64,000 nucleotides of DNA from Raillietiella orientalis (lineage: Eukaryota), in the NCBI GenBank assembly GCA_036172245.1, contig JAYWIR010000020.1:434001-498000 (forward strand). Direction: 5' to 3'. This document shows, one piece after another, positions 38,730-51,200 of the stretch. The translations under genes and the position numbers were made by a program. Every line of letters starts with the position of its first letter. Positions within the stretch are counted from its first letter, which is position 1. The notes under the pieces were generated by a model, which was not told the origin of the DNA, made no database searches, and saw only the letters and a list, made by a program, of their open reading frames with translations.

Positions 38730-39720
38730 ATGGATTACATAGATGAAGAACAGCGACGGACAACGTGATTTTGGCCGTTGGAGAGACAGCCATGTGAAGA
38801 TTCATGGGATCGCGATGGCACGCTACAGGGAGAGTTTGGATAGCGCGTGGGTCTTCACCTTTGTTGGTAAGCTGCTTCAGCAATGAAGGTCGGAACTGAT
38901 CTTCAAGGAGGCTCAGACATTTAGAAAAGAAATCAATGTTGGGAGTCACTATTACAAGCCATAGGCGTGGCTCCACGGCAGGCGTCGCTCCAGAACTACT
39001 GATGGAATCAGTTAGGATCAGCACATTCGAGCTTCCGCAACGATCTTCGATGCGATGCGGTTTCCGCGAACAAGAACAAGTGCCTGAGGTCCGCGGGCTG
39101 ACTCGTAAATGTGCTTCGATTGGGACCGACGTAGATACTAAGGATGGGTATATATTCTTGAAGGTAATCATCGGCAATGAGACATGGATTTGGAATCTCG
39201 AGCCGGAAAGGAGAAGGAAAGTGTCGAAATGTAAACATCGACCCGTCTCTGAGGTCCTCAGCTTCGAGATCCCGTCGAGTTCCGATCAATTCACTGTGAC
39301 ATCTTCATACATTTCAAGGAGGAGCCCTCTCGTCCAAAGGTAGGCATTAGCATGTTCTTTGGGCACGCGGGATGTTGAGGATGGACCAGAGGAAGTCAGC
39401 GGGTCGATCCATAGGAAGAAGAAAGCTCTTTGGAGAGGTGATTGTGCTTCATTATTTTCAAACTTTAACACACGCTAGAGGAATTGAAGTTCGGGATGCT
39501 GCAGAATCTATCACATGTTCCAGTTTTGTCACTATGGGATCATTTCCTACATAAACCAGTGAAGAATCAGATGAATGACCGAAACACTTCCCGAAATGCA
39601 AATCAGCGAGAAGAGTAGCGCAATATTTTTTTTAACTCACAAGGCAAAAGCTGAATTTCTACACGAATATAGGACTTGATGGAAAGATGGACGATAATAG
39701 CCTGCGAGCAAAAATGATGC
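38730..39720 (+). mobile_element. Decayed mariner transposase spanning near full length
   Basis: EEQRR and KIHG...RYRESL (N-terminal HTH region), SHRRGSTAGVAPEL (cf. DRR.T...IA..L), QVPEVRGLT (cf. WVP..LT), IFLKVIIGNETWIWNLEPERRRKVSKCKH (cf. FL..I.TGDETW...EPE.K.QS..W.H), and VIVLHYFQTLTHA (cf. L.HDNA..H.A). Stops and frameshifts are present. Confidence 0.75.
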
Positions 39721-41468
39721 ATCAATTTATTTCTTAAAGATAAAGAAATTGGAAGCGTTCATCTGCTTTCTGATTTACTTCGTGGTTTGCAAACTGACAA
39801 TTGGCCTCCCGAGGTTGCTGCTGAGTGTATGTTGTCATATATGTAGAACTGTGCCGTTTGTGGTTCCTTTGTAAACGTGTTCCTTTGCAGTGAGAGTAAT
39901 TTTCCACGGCAATTTTTGGAATGACTCAAAACTGACTGAATGATCACTGGCTTCATCTTTTTGCCACGACCTCGTAAGAGACGGCCTTCAACCTCTTGCT
40001 TGTCACAAGTTATCTCGGTCGTGCTCTTCTTCCATGGATCCTGAGTTAGTTGGTCTGTTTTTTTCCACCCCGTTTCAAAAGGCTACTCGATATGTTTTCG
40101 AGAGAAGGATGGTTTCTTTAGTGGGCTGCTGTTCTTCACTTTGAAAATCTGTCAGAGTGGAGATCATTCAAGGTTTTAACAAACTCGACGGAACGTACTT
40201 GGGGATGCTCTTCTGTGTTCAGTGCCGTAAAAAACTTGAAGGCAGGCTCAGGAATTTCCTATAAACGGTCCACCATTTCCGAAACATCGTATCTTTTTAT
40301 TTTTGGAGGGGGGGACTGGCAATGCTATCCGAGTTCTGACACGTTAATGGGCACGCCCCAGAGATTCTTGCTTCTTGTGTTTACTCTCCTCATATCCCTA
40401 ATTATTGTAATTCCCTTCGCTTCTCATGACGTTGTTTACATTGTGATTAACTGAATACTCCGTCAAAGTGTCTCAGAAAACACACACAACTACGATATTA
40501 TTGTTGACACACTTTGGGCGCTAAATAGATTTTCCTGTTGTAGAATGCAAAGGTTCTGGATATCTTTGAATTTATCTCTATACGATTTCGAGTTTTTCCA
40601 CATTTCCAGTGTTTGCTCTATTAGGAGACTGTTGATGACTCCAAGACTCTGTCTCCGTGAATTGCGTCCACATGGATAATCGTACACTCACTTGCATTCT
40701 TGCGATTCGCCAGCATTTCCTTTTTAGCTAATGATTTTTATGAGATGGAATCAAAACTGGTTCGGTCTTTGCAGATTGATGTTTTCAACTTCTTTCGCTC
40801 TTTCTTCCAACGAGCGATTTCTGCCCTGCCAATCTGAACCTTCCGCTTTCTCTATTTGCTTGTTAATAGTTAGCTTCCTGGAAGACTTCTGGATCAACTA
40901 GAGAGTTAAACTCTCGCCATTCCAGATAATCTGCGTTTTTGGAGGCTGATTTTTGCTAAGATTTCCCCCCCACTGCTTTCGAGATACCACGATGCTGTGA
41001 AACGAGAGTTTTCGAAGTGGCCATTTTTCTATAATGTGTAACGATATGATACAGTTGTCTCTCGACGGAAAGGCAGACGCAACAGCATTCTTCTTCAGAA
41101 CTTTTAAAAAAGTTCACAGCGTCAAGTGCATCATAGGACACAGCTACCTGCTTATCAATGTTCTCCTGATGGATAAAGTAGGAGAGAAAATGTCCTCTTC
41201 TTGAAGCCTGATAGATAAGGAGGAGCACTTTCAGGGATATGCAAGGAGGATGCGTGGGACACGACATGAAGTCTTTCTCTTGACCGATTCTTCACCGGTG
41301 TAAAAGTGCAAAGAAAGATAGAGACATACGAATCATTATTTTCTGATCCATTCCTTCTCATCAAGAATTATGTTAGAGATCTTCAGAAATCTTAAGATTT
41401 TTGAGTATCTCGAAGAAGATGGCACTAGCTGCCGTCGATGATTTGCAAATGAATCAAACGGCTCGCAT

Positions 41469-41530
41469 TGGTGGCCGTGTGGCTACGGTCTGAGCGCGTG
41501 GTACCAGGCATTGCGTGTTCGGATCCCACT
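41469..41530 (+). mobile_element. tRNA-derived SINE head (Pol III A and B boxes)
   Basis: A-box-like TGGCCGTGTGG at 41472-41482 and B-box-like GTTCGGATCCC at 41517-41527, at tRNA-like spacing. No intact cloverleaf. Confidence 0.45.
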
Positions 41531-41994
41531 TGAAGGATGTGCCGAGAAATAGGTGCGTCGTGGGTTTCGAGTTCCCCCTCAAGATGACTCTGGTTGATCT
41601 CTAGGCTTCGGGTGCGGCACTGGCGGAAGCCGAAAACCGGATGCCTCTCGTTGACTGGTCGGAACTGGAAGTCGACGACCCTCCGCCTGCAAGCTTCCAG
41701 AAACCAAGAAGCTGGTTCCCTCGGGGTTCCCCTCTACTGGTGAAGATGGAGCTGTCCCTTCTCTCTGGGGAGACCCTCCATCTTGTACCATGGAGAAGGT
41801 TGATACCCCCGTCGAGCGGTTGCTTCTCCAGAGTGTCAGAAGCGCGCTGCTCCCTTCGAGGAGCCCCTTCAGAGAAATTGAAAGTGGCACCGCTTTTGAA
41901 CCACCACTGGCCTTCAAACCTAAATGCAAGATTGGTGAGAAAGAGAAACCCACTGAAAAAGAATGGAGGTGCTTGGTGGACTAGAACCACTGGG

Positions 41995-42128
41995 AGTTGG
42001 TAGCACTGCCAAACAGACTATTCCGGGAACAGATTCAAGGCTAAAGCCGGAGCTAGTGCCCCAGGAAGAAGACAGCACTCTTATTGGATACCCCTTACGC
42101 ATACTCAACAGTGGTTCTGGAAGAGGCA
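41995..42128 (+). repeat. 134-bp inverted repeat, copy 1 (partner 43289-43422)
   Basis: 7 mismatches in 134 bp against the reverse complement of 43289-43422. Weaker similarity also covers 41946-41980 versus about 43519-43553. Confidence 0.95.
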
Positions 42129-42559
42129 CAGAAAAAGAACATCCCGATTTCAGCTTGGGTCAATTTGCGAATCAATATCAGAGGAGAGATGTTGGGACTT
42201 CCCTCCCGTGAGGGAGCGAGGTTCCTGCTAAGGTATTCGCAGCCTCTTTTGCCTTTGACAATTCTTCCTTGCATCACACTCTTGATTTGTCAAGTTGAAT
42301 AATTAACCAGGCATTTGATCTCCAGGAGGTTTCTGGAGGTTGCACTTCCCTTTAAATAATGACTTTTGAAGTATTTAGAAGGATATTTGTTCGTTTGCAC
42401 GTGGAGGGATGCTTCGCTTATTTCCAGTAATCATTCCGAAATTCATCAAGTCCTTTGAATTATTCAAATCCCACTGCCGAATTACAGGATGGGAAAAATC
42501 GTGAACCGAAAGGAAGCCTTGGGATTTTTGAACTCATTCTGTTCGTGACTTGTGTTAAT

Positions 42560-43288
42560 TCTCAGGAGGGACTGAAAAACAGGAAATCCTTCGATAAACG
42601 GCGCACAGAGAGAGAGTAAAGTCGTCCGAGGAACAGATGGCCATTGCTATGCAAGAAACACCTCTGTTCGTCCTCTTCTTCTTTCCGCCGAAGGAAGAGC
42701 GCTATTTTCTTCAAAGATTCTCCCTTGGACCGATCTTGAGACCTCATCTAGAAATGGAGCATACCCTCTCATGCAAAGCTTTCACTTTCCATGTTCTCTT
42801 GAAACTCCGAGTTTCTCGGTGTGGGGCACACAGGACGCGTGTCTTTATTCACTCACGTTCCGCAGGAAAAGTGGACGTCGTGTTTCCTGCTTTACCACAA
42901 TCTTTCATCCACACTTTTCTTGATTGCATCCATTCCAAGAAAGTGGCTGCAAACATATTAGGAGGGGCTCTCACCATCTTATCAGACTGATTGTTGTCTT
43001 CCGCTCGTCCTCAGGATGAATAGAGATTTTCATTCTTGTTTTCTGGAAAATTACATATTCTCATTGCACATGCTGGGAATACGGGATGTTCGAGCACAGC
43101 ATTTCCTTACGCTTATGCTCCGCCTGCTTCGGAATGTTTCGTACCCTGAACACTTCATGATTTGTCGTATCCCAAGACACCAGGGATCCTCTCAGGATCT
43201 GTCTTACGGTTGGTCTCAGGTACTCCTTTCGGAGGCGAACGAAGGAACAGATCACGGCAAAAGGGGAGCATTTCCTCTCCTTTTGCCA
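42560..43288 (-). mobile_element. Decayed RTE-like LINE endonuclease fragment
   Basis: NIPYS resembles YSG, VLCAPH resembles YAPT, and SNGHLFLGRLYSLSVRRLSKDFLF resembles NG..LL..C....L...NT.F, in order downstream of the 43289-43422 repeat. Confidence 0.35.
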
Positions 43289-43422
43289 TGCTTCTTCCAG
43301 AACCACTATTGGGTATTCGTAAGGGGTATCCAATAAAAGTGCTGTCTTCTTCCTGAGGCGCTAGCTCCGGCTTTAGCCTTGAATCTGTTCCCGGAATAGT
43401 CTGTTTGGCAGTGCTACCAACT
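43289..43422 (-). repeat. 134-bp inverted repeat, copy 2 (partner 41995-42128)
   Basis: Reverse complement matches 41995-42128 at about 95%. Confidence 0.95.
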
Positions 43423-43849
43423 TCCGGTAGTTCAAGTTTGCCCTCTCGACCTGGGTCATCAGCTCTTCGTGCCTTGGTCGTGACCGTGGTTTGTTTTTTT
43501 GACGTACTGTTCAGGAAGCCACCTAGCACCGCCATTCTTTTCTAGTGGGTTTACCTCTGTCACCATCTAGATATGACCAGTTGGCAATATGATTCTTTCT
43601 GAAAGATAGAAGACCGAGTTTTCCCTCTATCAATCACTGCAGACTTTCTTTATGTAAGCAGGAACTGTACAATGCGGGCGCAAGCACCGTTCAGACTTGG
43701 TCCCATCAGCTTCTGCATTACTGCAAATTTTCAGAAGGGACGTGGTGGCAGACCGGAAGAGTGCCTGCGCAACCAGTCAAACTTCGCGAATCCCACAATG
43801 CTGGAAGTGAACGCTGTTGTCTAGAGGAAAGCCTGGTACAAGGGAATAT

Positions 43850-44250
43850 GTGCTTGCTGTTGCTGAGAGACGTCACTCTTCGTAGATGGATGGTCGAGTC
43901 CTCGAGATCGATCACTGTTTCAATCTTTAACGCAATCTGATTCATTGCAAGAACATCTGATTCAAATGATGCTCTTAGCGGAAGCACCGAGAGTTTTTTC
44001 AATGTTCGGCAGATTCAAGATGTGCAAAGAGGCTGCTCTCTCATTCGATGGTCATGAATAAAAGATGAATCCACGAGAAAATTCAGTTGTTAGGGAAACA
44101 AGGATGCTTGTACGAATGCTCGCTACAGGAAAAGCATGAAGATTTCATTGTATCTAAGATGAATAGATGGATGAGTACAGCGTTTAAAAAATGCAAGACT
44201 TCTATCTGGGAACTCTGTTTCTGGGATTTTCGTCCTCATCAGTTTCCCAT
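43850..44250 (-). mobile_element. Possible decayed LTR (Gypsy-type) aspartic protease fragment
   Basis: HLFILDT resembles LLDTG, and SDVLAMNQIALKIETVIDLEDSTIHL resembles D.ILG.D.L.....IDL....L. Weak. Confidence 0.25.
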
Positions 44251-44869
44251 ACCTTCAGCGGTCTCCCTTTTCGGCTGTTCAGTTGATTTATCCGATTCGG
44301 CCGCTCGCATCCAAGTGTGCGTTTGCCGAGGAATCTGTTTGTTTGGTGCCTTGAACGATCTCACGAGGTTGACGAGTACCTCTTGGGGGAAAAGCAGAAA
44401 TGGGAGGGTGGGGATCATTTTTTTACTGCCGTTCAGAGAATTTTCTGCACAGAACAAAGTTTTTGCTGATTTAAACGAGGGGAGAGCTTGAAGGCTCCTT
44501 CAAGCAGGTAGACGCGAAACAAGCAACAGGGAATGTGGCAAGGGGAGCCGTTCCTAAGAGTTTCCATCTACTCGTTACGCCCCATCGCCACCTCCCTCTC
44601 CCAGATTCAATTGTTCCTCTCATTCTTACGTACCGTCGATGAGAAGCAGCTTCTTCAGCTCAGTTGTAGATCTAAAGCAGATCTTTAACGCAGGTGTACT
44701 CGATTCTATCACCAAAAAGTGCTGCCTACTAGGGAAACGACTCCGTAGAGACCCTTCTCTTCTTCCTCTCTGTCGGTAACTTTATGCCGACACTCTGGGG
44801 AGACCCGAATTCAGATGGAGCACAGAGGTACGGTCGTTTGTCTTTCGAGTGGAGTGAACAAGATGCGGA

Positions 44870-45900
44870 TATCACGTGATGCTGTTCTGCACCACGATCG
44901 GATCTGGTGTTCCACTGCCTATCCAGGATGAAAAGAGGCGACTGAGATTGTGGATTTGGATGTCAGAAGTAATTCTTATCGATTCGTTTCGGTTGAGATT
45001 GGAGGCTGGAATCTTTGCCTGCTTGGTTGCAAAGCAACAATACGGATTAACGGTGACCTTGGGAATGCCAGAAACTGAGTAGTCACTGCTCACTCTCGCA
45101 GAAGAAACATGTTGAGAGGAAGTCCAAACAGAGGATGATGACTGCAGAACTCCCTTTCATCTGCATTAGCGTTCAAAGTTCATCTCCTGCCTTCAAGTTT
45201 CGTTCACTCTTTGCTCTCTCTCTCCCTCAGCATCATGCACCTGCTTGAGTAGTAAGTTGTCAGGAAACAGAATCATGCTAGGAAACCCAAGAGCCGACAA
45301 AGATGAGGATTTCCGTTATTTCGAGATCCCTTGTGTTAGTAAACTTCAACCGTCCTTCCTACTAGATATCTCGGAACCTACTCGGAGACTATAAGAACTT
45401 TCCTGGAATGGCGAGCAGGTAGGCAGGAAGGGAACGAGTACTGAAAGCACCGGAGCTCTGAAGAAGGCTCATAGAGAGCTCCCACGCATCTTCCTGGAGC
45501 GGAACTCCTCTACTAACGAGAGGTCCTTGCTTAGAATCCGTTTCCTGACGTGTAAGGTGGGAAGGAAGAACGATTAGGACGCAATAAATGGAGTTCTTGA
45601 TTTCTTTTTGATTTTCTTTTTTCTTAGCACCGAAGAGGAATTCGGAAGATGGGAAGGATATTGGCGATAGAGGAGGAAGTCTGGAACTCGGGACGCATAG
45701 TAGGATTAAGTTGTTTGAAGGCTGCGTTGAGGAAAGAATCCATGTTCGACAAGATCACGGAACAGCTGTCCTTGAAGCGTAGCAAACAAATCCCGTCTGT
45801 TCTCCTCCTCCAGAGTCGGACCCTGTTAAAATTAAGAGCTGAGAGCATACCTAAGATCTGGGTGGAATAAAGCGGTTCCGAGTTGCAGAAAGAGGGCCGA
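44870..45900 (-). mobile_element. Decayed LINE RT (CR1/L2/Jockey-group)
   Basis: TDGICLLRFKDSCSVILSNMDSFLNAAFKQ...ANILPIFR resembles PDGI...LK.C...L....FN.S.....ANI.PIFK. DSV/DNLLLK resembles AFDSV.H.LLL.K, and LDFLS...VSGIPK resembles SFL...SG.PQG. Confidence 0.55.
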
Positions 45901-46139
45901 TGGACGAGCGAAGGCAAAGACAAAGACTGTTAGATCTCTGAAGATGCAGACTGAGGAAAAATTCTAATGCCCTCAGTACCTTCTTTCAGGCTTAACATTT
46001 GTTCTGAGGAATCCTTTCAGAAATAAAGGATATTCAGTTAGAAATTCATCTCCAATCATCATCTGACGTTATCCGTCCCCTTCCCTGGAAATCTCTGGAA
46101 GCTCTCGAGATCTTCCTAGGGATCCTTCATTGAGTGATG

Positions 46140-46410
46140 CAAGGCCTGCTGCTCGTCAGAAAGTGGTAGGACCGAACGGGTGCAGGAGTGGGCCGTCAAG
46201 GTCTCCCCATTTCGTCAACGAGAACGCCCTGACTCTCGGAGGAATCGGGAAGCACATCCTGTTCAAAGATTCGTTTTCCAGAGACTCAGGGGACACTGTG
46301 ACTACGAGATGAACTTTCAGGGGCTCCCCGTCCTGCCGACTTTCACTCCGCATCGAGAGGAACGGCGGTGCTCGCGAGCATCCTCCTTCCCCTACTTTCA
46401 TTTCGCCCTG
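46140..46410 (+). mobile_element. Possible LINE RT C-terminal fragment
   Basis: QEWA, SRDSGDTV (cf. RDLGV) and TFTPH...CSRAS (cf. F..H...C.KAS). Confidence 0.3.
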
Positions 46411-48299
46411 ATCATGACGTGCTCCTTCCTACTCTTCCACCTCTCTTGTTTGAGCATCGCAGATCGCAGGATGAAGTGTGTCCGTTGCGAGTCCAGACAG
46501 GACCGGCTTCCTGAACGAGCGTCATTGGTCCTTCGAACGGTGTCGGGAAGGGGAGGGTGGGAGGGACTCAGAGCATTTGAGGCATTAGAGGCTGCGACGA
46601 GAGCCACATCTCTCGGTCGGACTGTCCTGAGGATCTGCAACGAGGACCCTGTTTTCCTGCTGCTCTGTGCAGGAATGTTTGTCGGTCATGATCTTTTCCC
46701 AGCATAAGCAGCAGAGACAGTTTGATCCTTCCGAGACTAAGCTGGAAAACTTCACCACCCCCTTCAGAGAAGACGCGCATCAGACACGCAAGGTCTTCCT
46801 AATCTTGAAGACTCAAGCACTCTTACTGCTGCTGTAAAAAAGAGTGTAACATTGTTACAGTTATAAAAGGAATCTTGCGCCAAGCCTTAATGGAGCAGCG
46901 CATACTCCGTAGACTCCCTGATTCTTCCCCCGTAAATGAGTTCCTTCTGCCGCAATATACCAATCAGTGAATTCACAAAACGCGATTTATTGTTTTGTTT
47001 TTTTTTTTCTACGATTCACAGTATTTCGTGAGGACTTCTCTAGGAAAACAACCTTCGTCCCGGTGATGCTCGCTCGGTGCGTTCATGGCGAGAAGTCCGA
47101 AACTCTCGACGGCTGGGGAAGAGGAAAAAACCAGCCGGATGCAAAACTCGGAGAAGAATAGCATCCCTAACGGTTTACGGGGTGTCTGCTTCTTTTGCGG
47201 CTTGTTAGTGCCTCATTCCGGTCTCCCTCCCGCTTCCCTTTCGGGTGTCCTCCGACGCCTTGCATTGCCAGGGAGGAGACCCTCACGCGCTGTCGGACGA
47301 GGGGGAAGTTGCAAATGCTAGAAAGTCCTGCCCGCAATGGCGTCGCAAAAAATGCAGAAGGAGCCCTCCTTTACCTGGTAATTCCAGTCACGAAAAATGA
47401 TCTCAAGAAAGGTCCGGAAGTTCTTGCCTTAATCTGGGAAAGGATGAAAGGGTCGGCTGCTGCCGTTGCAACATCTCATCAGAGCGATTTGTTGCCTGGA
47501 GTTTGAATGAACACACTAATGCCCTTTAAAACCCTTCTCATAGAGGAAAACAGGGAGAGAAAGAAGACGCTAGCGACTTCAAAGGGTGTATATTGATGGC
47601 ATTTGCCTTACAATCTCTTTCTGGATATACCTGAATGATCCTTTTTTTGTTGTTCTCTCCCATAGGAACTGAGAGGAAGAGGGGAATGAATGGTCCAGGA
47701 AAGCACGAGCTTTTTCATCTGCCACCACTCACAATCGGTCTCCTCCTTTAAAGGCTTCATCCCTGGTAGTTTAACTCACCATCCGTTGTTCTGATTTTTT
47801 ATCTTTTCTCGTCTCCCCAAGATGCATCTGTGCCGTCTGGCGTCTCTCCCTACACGCAGCGAAAGGTTCCGGGCAAGCCACTCTAAAATCCTATCTTTGG
47901 CAGCTCCCTCCTTACTCATCACGAGTTCCTTCTCTCACCTGCTGCTCTCATAATAAGAAAATGCTCCTTGAACTTCCATGAAAGATGAGCAGCTTCCCAA
48001 CACTCACGAAATCCACTCCGAAGGAGGCCGGAGCTCTGGCTCCAGCCTCTAGTCCATTGCGCTACGCCAGTGAAGGAATCCCTCCTGACTGGCCTCCGTT
48101 TCGCCTGGTGTCTGTTCACCAGGGTCCGATTCTTGGATACCAGTTCGGGATGTTTTTCTTGAAACATGCAGGTGGGAAATTCTATTGGGAAAAGCGGATT
48201 GAGGGAGTGATTCCTCCCTTCCTCTTCCTCCTTTGAGAGTCAGTCACATGTTCTAAAGCGCCTAGAGACCACGCTCTCGCAGAGTCCTAAAAGAGAGGT

Positions 48300-51200
48300 A
48301 AGTAGTTTATCATTTTGGTTTATTAAGAGGGTGAGGAGAGAAGCGCCACTGGTCGTCGACAGCAATCCGAGGGGTCGGCTGTGCCATAGAGGCGGGGAGC
48401 TGCAAGGGCACCTGTCTGTTGCACGCTTCAACGGGAACTGCTACTTCCGGTCGCAGCAGCCGTCTACGAATAGTCCAGCAGTTACGAGATCTACCAAGAA
48501 GGTCTTTCTTCCAGTCTATCCTGGAGGCTATGTCAGCATTCATCCAAAAGGCGTCCAGGTAGGAGAGTTCTCCTCAAGTGGCACTCCCTATCAGAAAGGA
48601 GGATTCGAACAGCCCTACTTTGGCAGGGTCCCGGCTCTAGGATTGTCTCAGACTCCTGCCGGCTTCTCGACGTTGGAATTCTGCAAAAAGCAGAGGAAAT
48701 AAATAGCCTTTCCTAAGAGCCTCCTCCGGCCTTCACTGGGAAGAAAAAGAAAAAGGGAAGAGGAACGAGGGAAGGGGGGGATTTGCTTTCAGCATTTGCT
48801 TTCTTCGCTTCAAGCTTCCCGCATGCAGCTGCACTAGCGGGTGACAAAGCGGCATTTTCCACGGTTTGGACTGTTCCGTGGATCTGCCTGGCTTTGTCAA
48901 TGGAGGCGAAGGGCTGGTTTACGATGGGGCTTCAAGAACTGGGAATGCTGCTTGTTGAAGTGAGAGGCATCGTCGGGAGAGTCCACTGCGCTTCAAACAG
49001 TACTTGAACACCCTCTCAGCGCCGCGGACTTTCCTACCTATGGCCAGCACTCCTGGCTTCAGCTCTGCTCTGCGGTCCAAAGTCGATGATGGCTGGTCTT
49101 CTGTGGACTCGACCAAGAAGATCGCACTCGGTCGCCCGCTGGGAAGCCATCGAGACGGATGCTTCGCTAAGTTCACTTTCGCGCCTGCTCGGAAGGTGGC
49201 ACCTACTTCTCTCGGATGCTTTTGTTCCTCCAGAGGCATGCCAGCTCGCGATTTTCTTGGCATAGAAACCCGAAGAAGCTCTTCCTCTTTCTACGAAGTG
49301 TCTGAAGGAAGTATCGTCCAAATTTCTGCAGCAGGTTGTCTGTTGAAATTTTGAATTAAAGCAAACTTTTGGCTTGTTTGTATGTGAGAAGACTTGGAGG
49401 GAAGACTATCCTTAATCCGCCGATCATCGATCCGAAAATACCACCTCCCATCTCCTGGTCGTCTCGATCGCCCCCTTTCTGGCCCACATTTACGCACCAG
49501 AATTCCTAATATTTCCGCACTGACAGTCAGAAAAGAGACTTTTTGAGCCTCGACACGAGGAAAGGATGGAAGTGCGTGCTGGGGACTCTTCAGCTTTCAG
49601 GTTTGTGGCTTTTCCGCTGTCGCACGATAGTTCTGTTCCTCTGACCTCCTTTCGTTGTGTCCCTCACAGCTCAAGTGGCAGCACGCGATCCAGGGAGAGC
49701 GCTGCGCGAGAGAGCACATTTCGTTTCCATCCGGTTGATAGCACTGGCTGTTGATGCTTCCAGCTCTCGCTCTCGTTCCTCAGAAGCAACTGAGTCCCCT
49801 GTCGCGATTCTGCCACGGGTTTCACATCTCTCCATACCCCTCAGGTGGGACATGGATCTTGCGAAACTGCTTCCTTGTTTCCCAGGGAACAGGAAGCCTC
49901 CATCCTGAGCTATATCTAGAGCGATAGGTTCTTGAAAACCGCGGCCAGGATTAGTGTCCATAAATGGTCCAGGAAATGGAGACGAGCTTATCCGGTTTGG
50001 ACTTACGTGGGAAGGTCACACGTAGAAACCAATCCTAAGGAGTCAGTTCCCAACCGCCCGCTTGTCCGTGAGTGAAGATGGAGAAGAGTTCACGCAAGCA
50101 TATCTGGAAATGTTCAATTCAAATGGGACTACCAATAGGAGAAGGATTCTTCCTTTCACCGAAGAAGACTGAGCAAAATACTGAACATGTCTTGAGGAAC
50201 CCCATTCCAGTACTCTAAGGTCTTTCGAACGGATGTTGGAGCATTTCCAAAGCATCGGCTTGGCAGTACTTCTGTGCCTTCTCACGGAAAACTGCGGACA
50301 ACAGCTTTTTTTGCATCCTTTAGGATTCAAGAGATGGAGCTTGGATTCCTGAAGACACTGTTTTGTCTTTCCCTGGAAAGGTTTGAGGAATAAAAACAGC
50401 TGCATCCAGCTCTTGCCGTAGGTCTTGCAGAAGAATGGTGAGGCCATGGAAGACTTAGGAAGAAAATCGCATGATTTCCTTCTCATCCCTAAACATCGCT
50501 TTCAGGACTCACTTTCTCTGTTGATTAATGCAAGAGGAGGACGATTTTTTTTCCATCCAACGGTCTCATTGACAAGAACTTTCGCGATAGTGACAAACCA
50601 AAAGATGTTTTCCCAAAGCACCATCACTTTCAGGCAGATAATTGTGGTGTTTTCTCGACTTGTGCGAGTCTCGTTGACGCAGCGTTCGGGAAAGAGAAGG
50701 AGGGGGGGGGGAGTGACCTTGATTCCACGCAAGTCTCTTGTGGAAGGGTTAAGGGTTCGGATGCTCAAGTTCTGATTCTTTGGAAAGATTCGGTGCTCTG
50801 GATTCGCGAGGTGACCTCAACACGTGCCAAAAGAGGAGAACATAGGAAAGTCCGAATGGGGCTGAACGATTTTTCTGTTCAGCAATGAGCTGCGACTGCT
50901 GTGCGAGATTGACGCAGAAGTGGGTGGCTTGCATGGTTGCAGCGTTGTATGAAGGGAACGGCTGCAGAGAGTGCGAGGAGCGGCACATCTAAGTGCGTGG
51001 CATCTGAGAGCAGGTGGTCCGAAGGCTGAGCCCCAGCGATCCGAGGCATAACGGAGACCGAGAAATGGAGGAGCATGGGTCAGCCGAGCGATCGTATCTC
51101 TTCCCAAAACCTACCCTGTTACATAGGCCCCTCACTGATAGGGTCAGTCAGACCTACGATGTGGAGAAATTCCAAATTGAATGCAGAGCACCGGGAGCAG

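Noticed and set aside
41465..41535. Functional tRNA gene
   Set aside because: A and B boxes are present, but the acceptor and anticodon stems do not pair and there is no T-run terminator.
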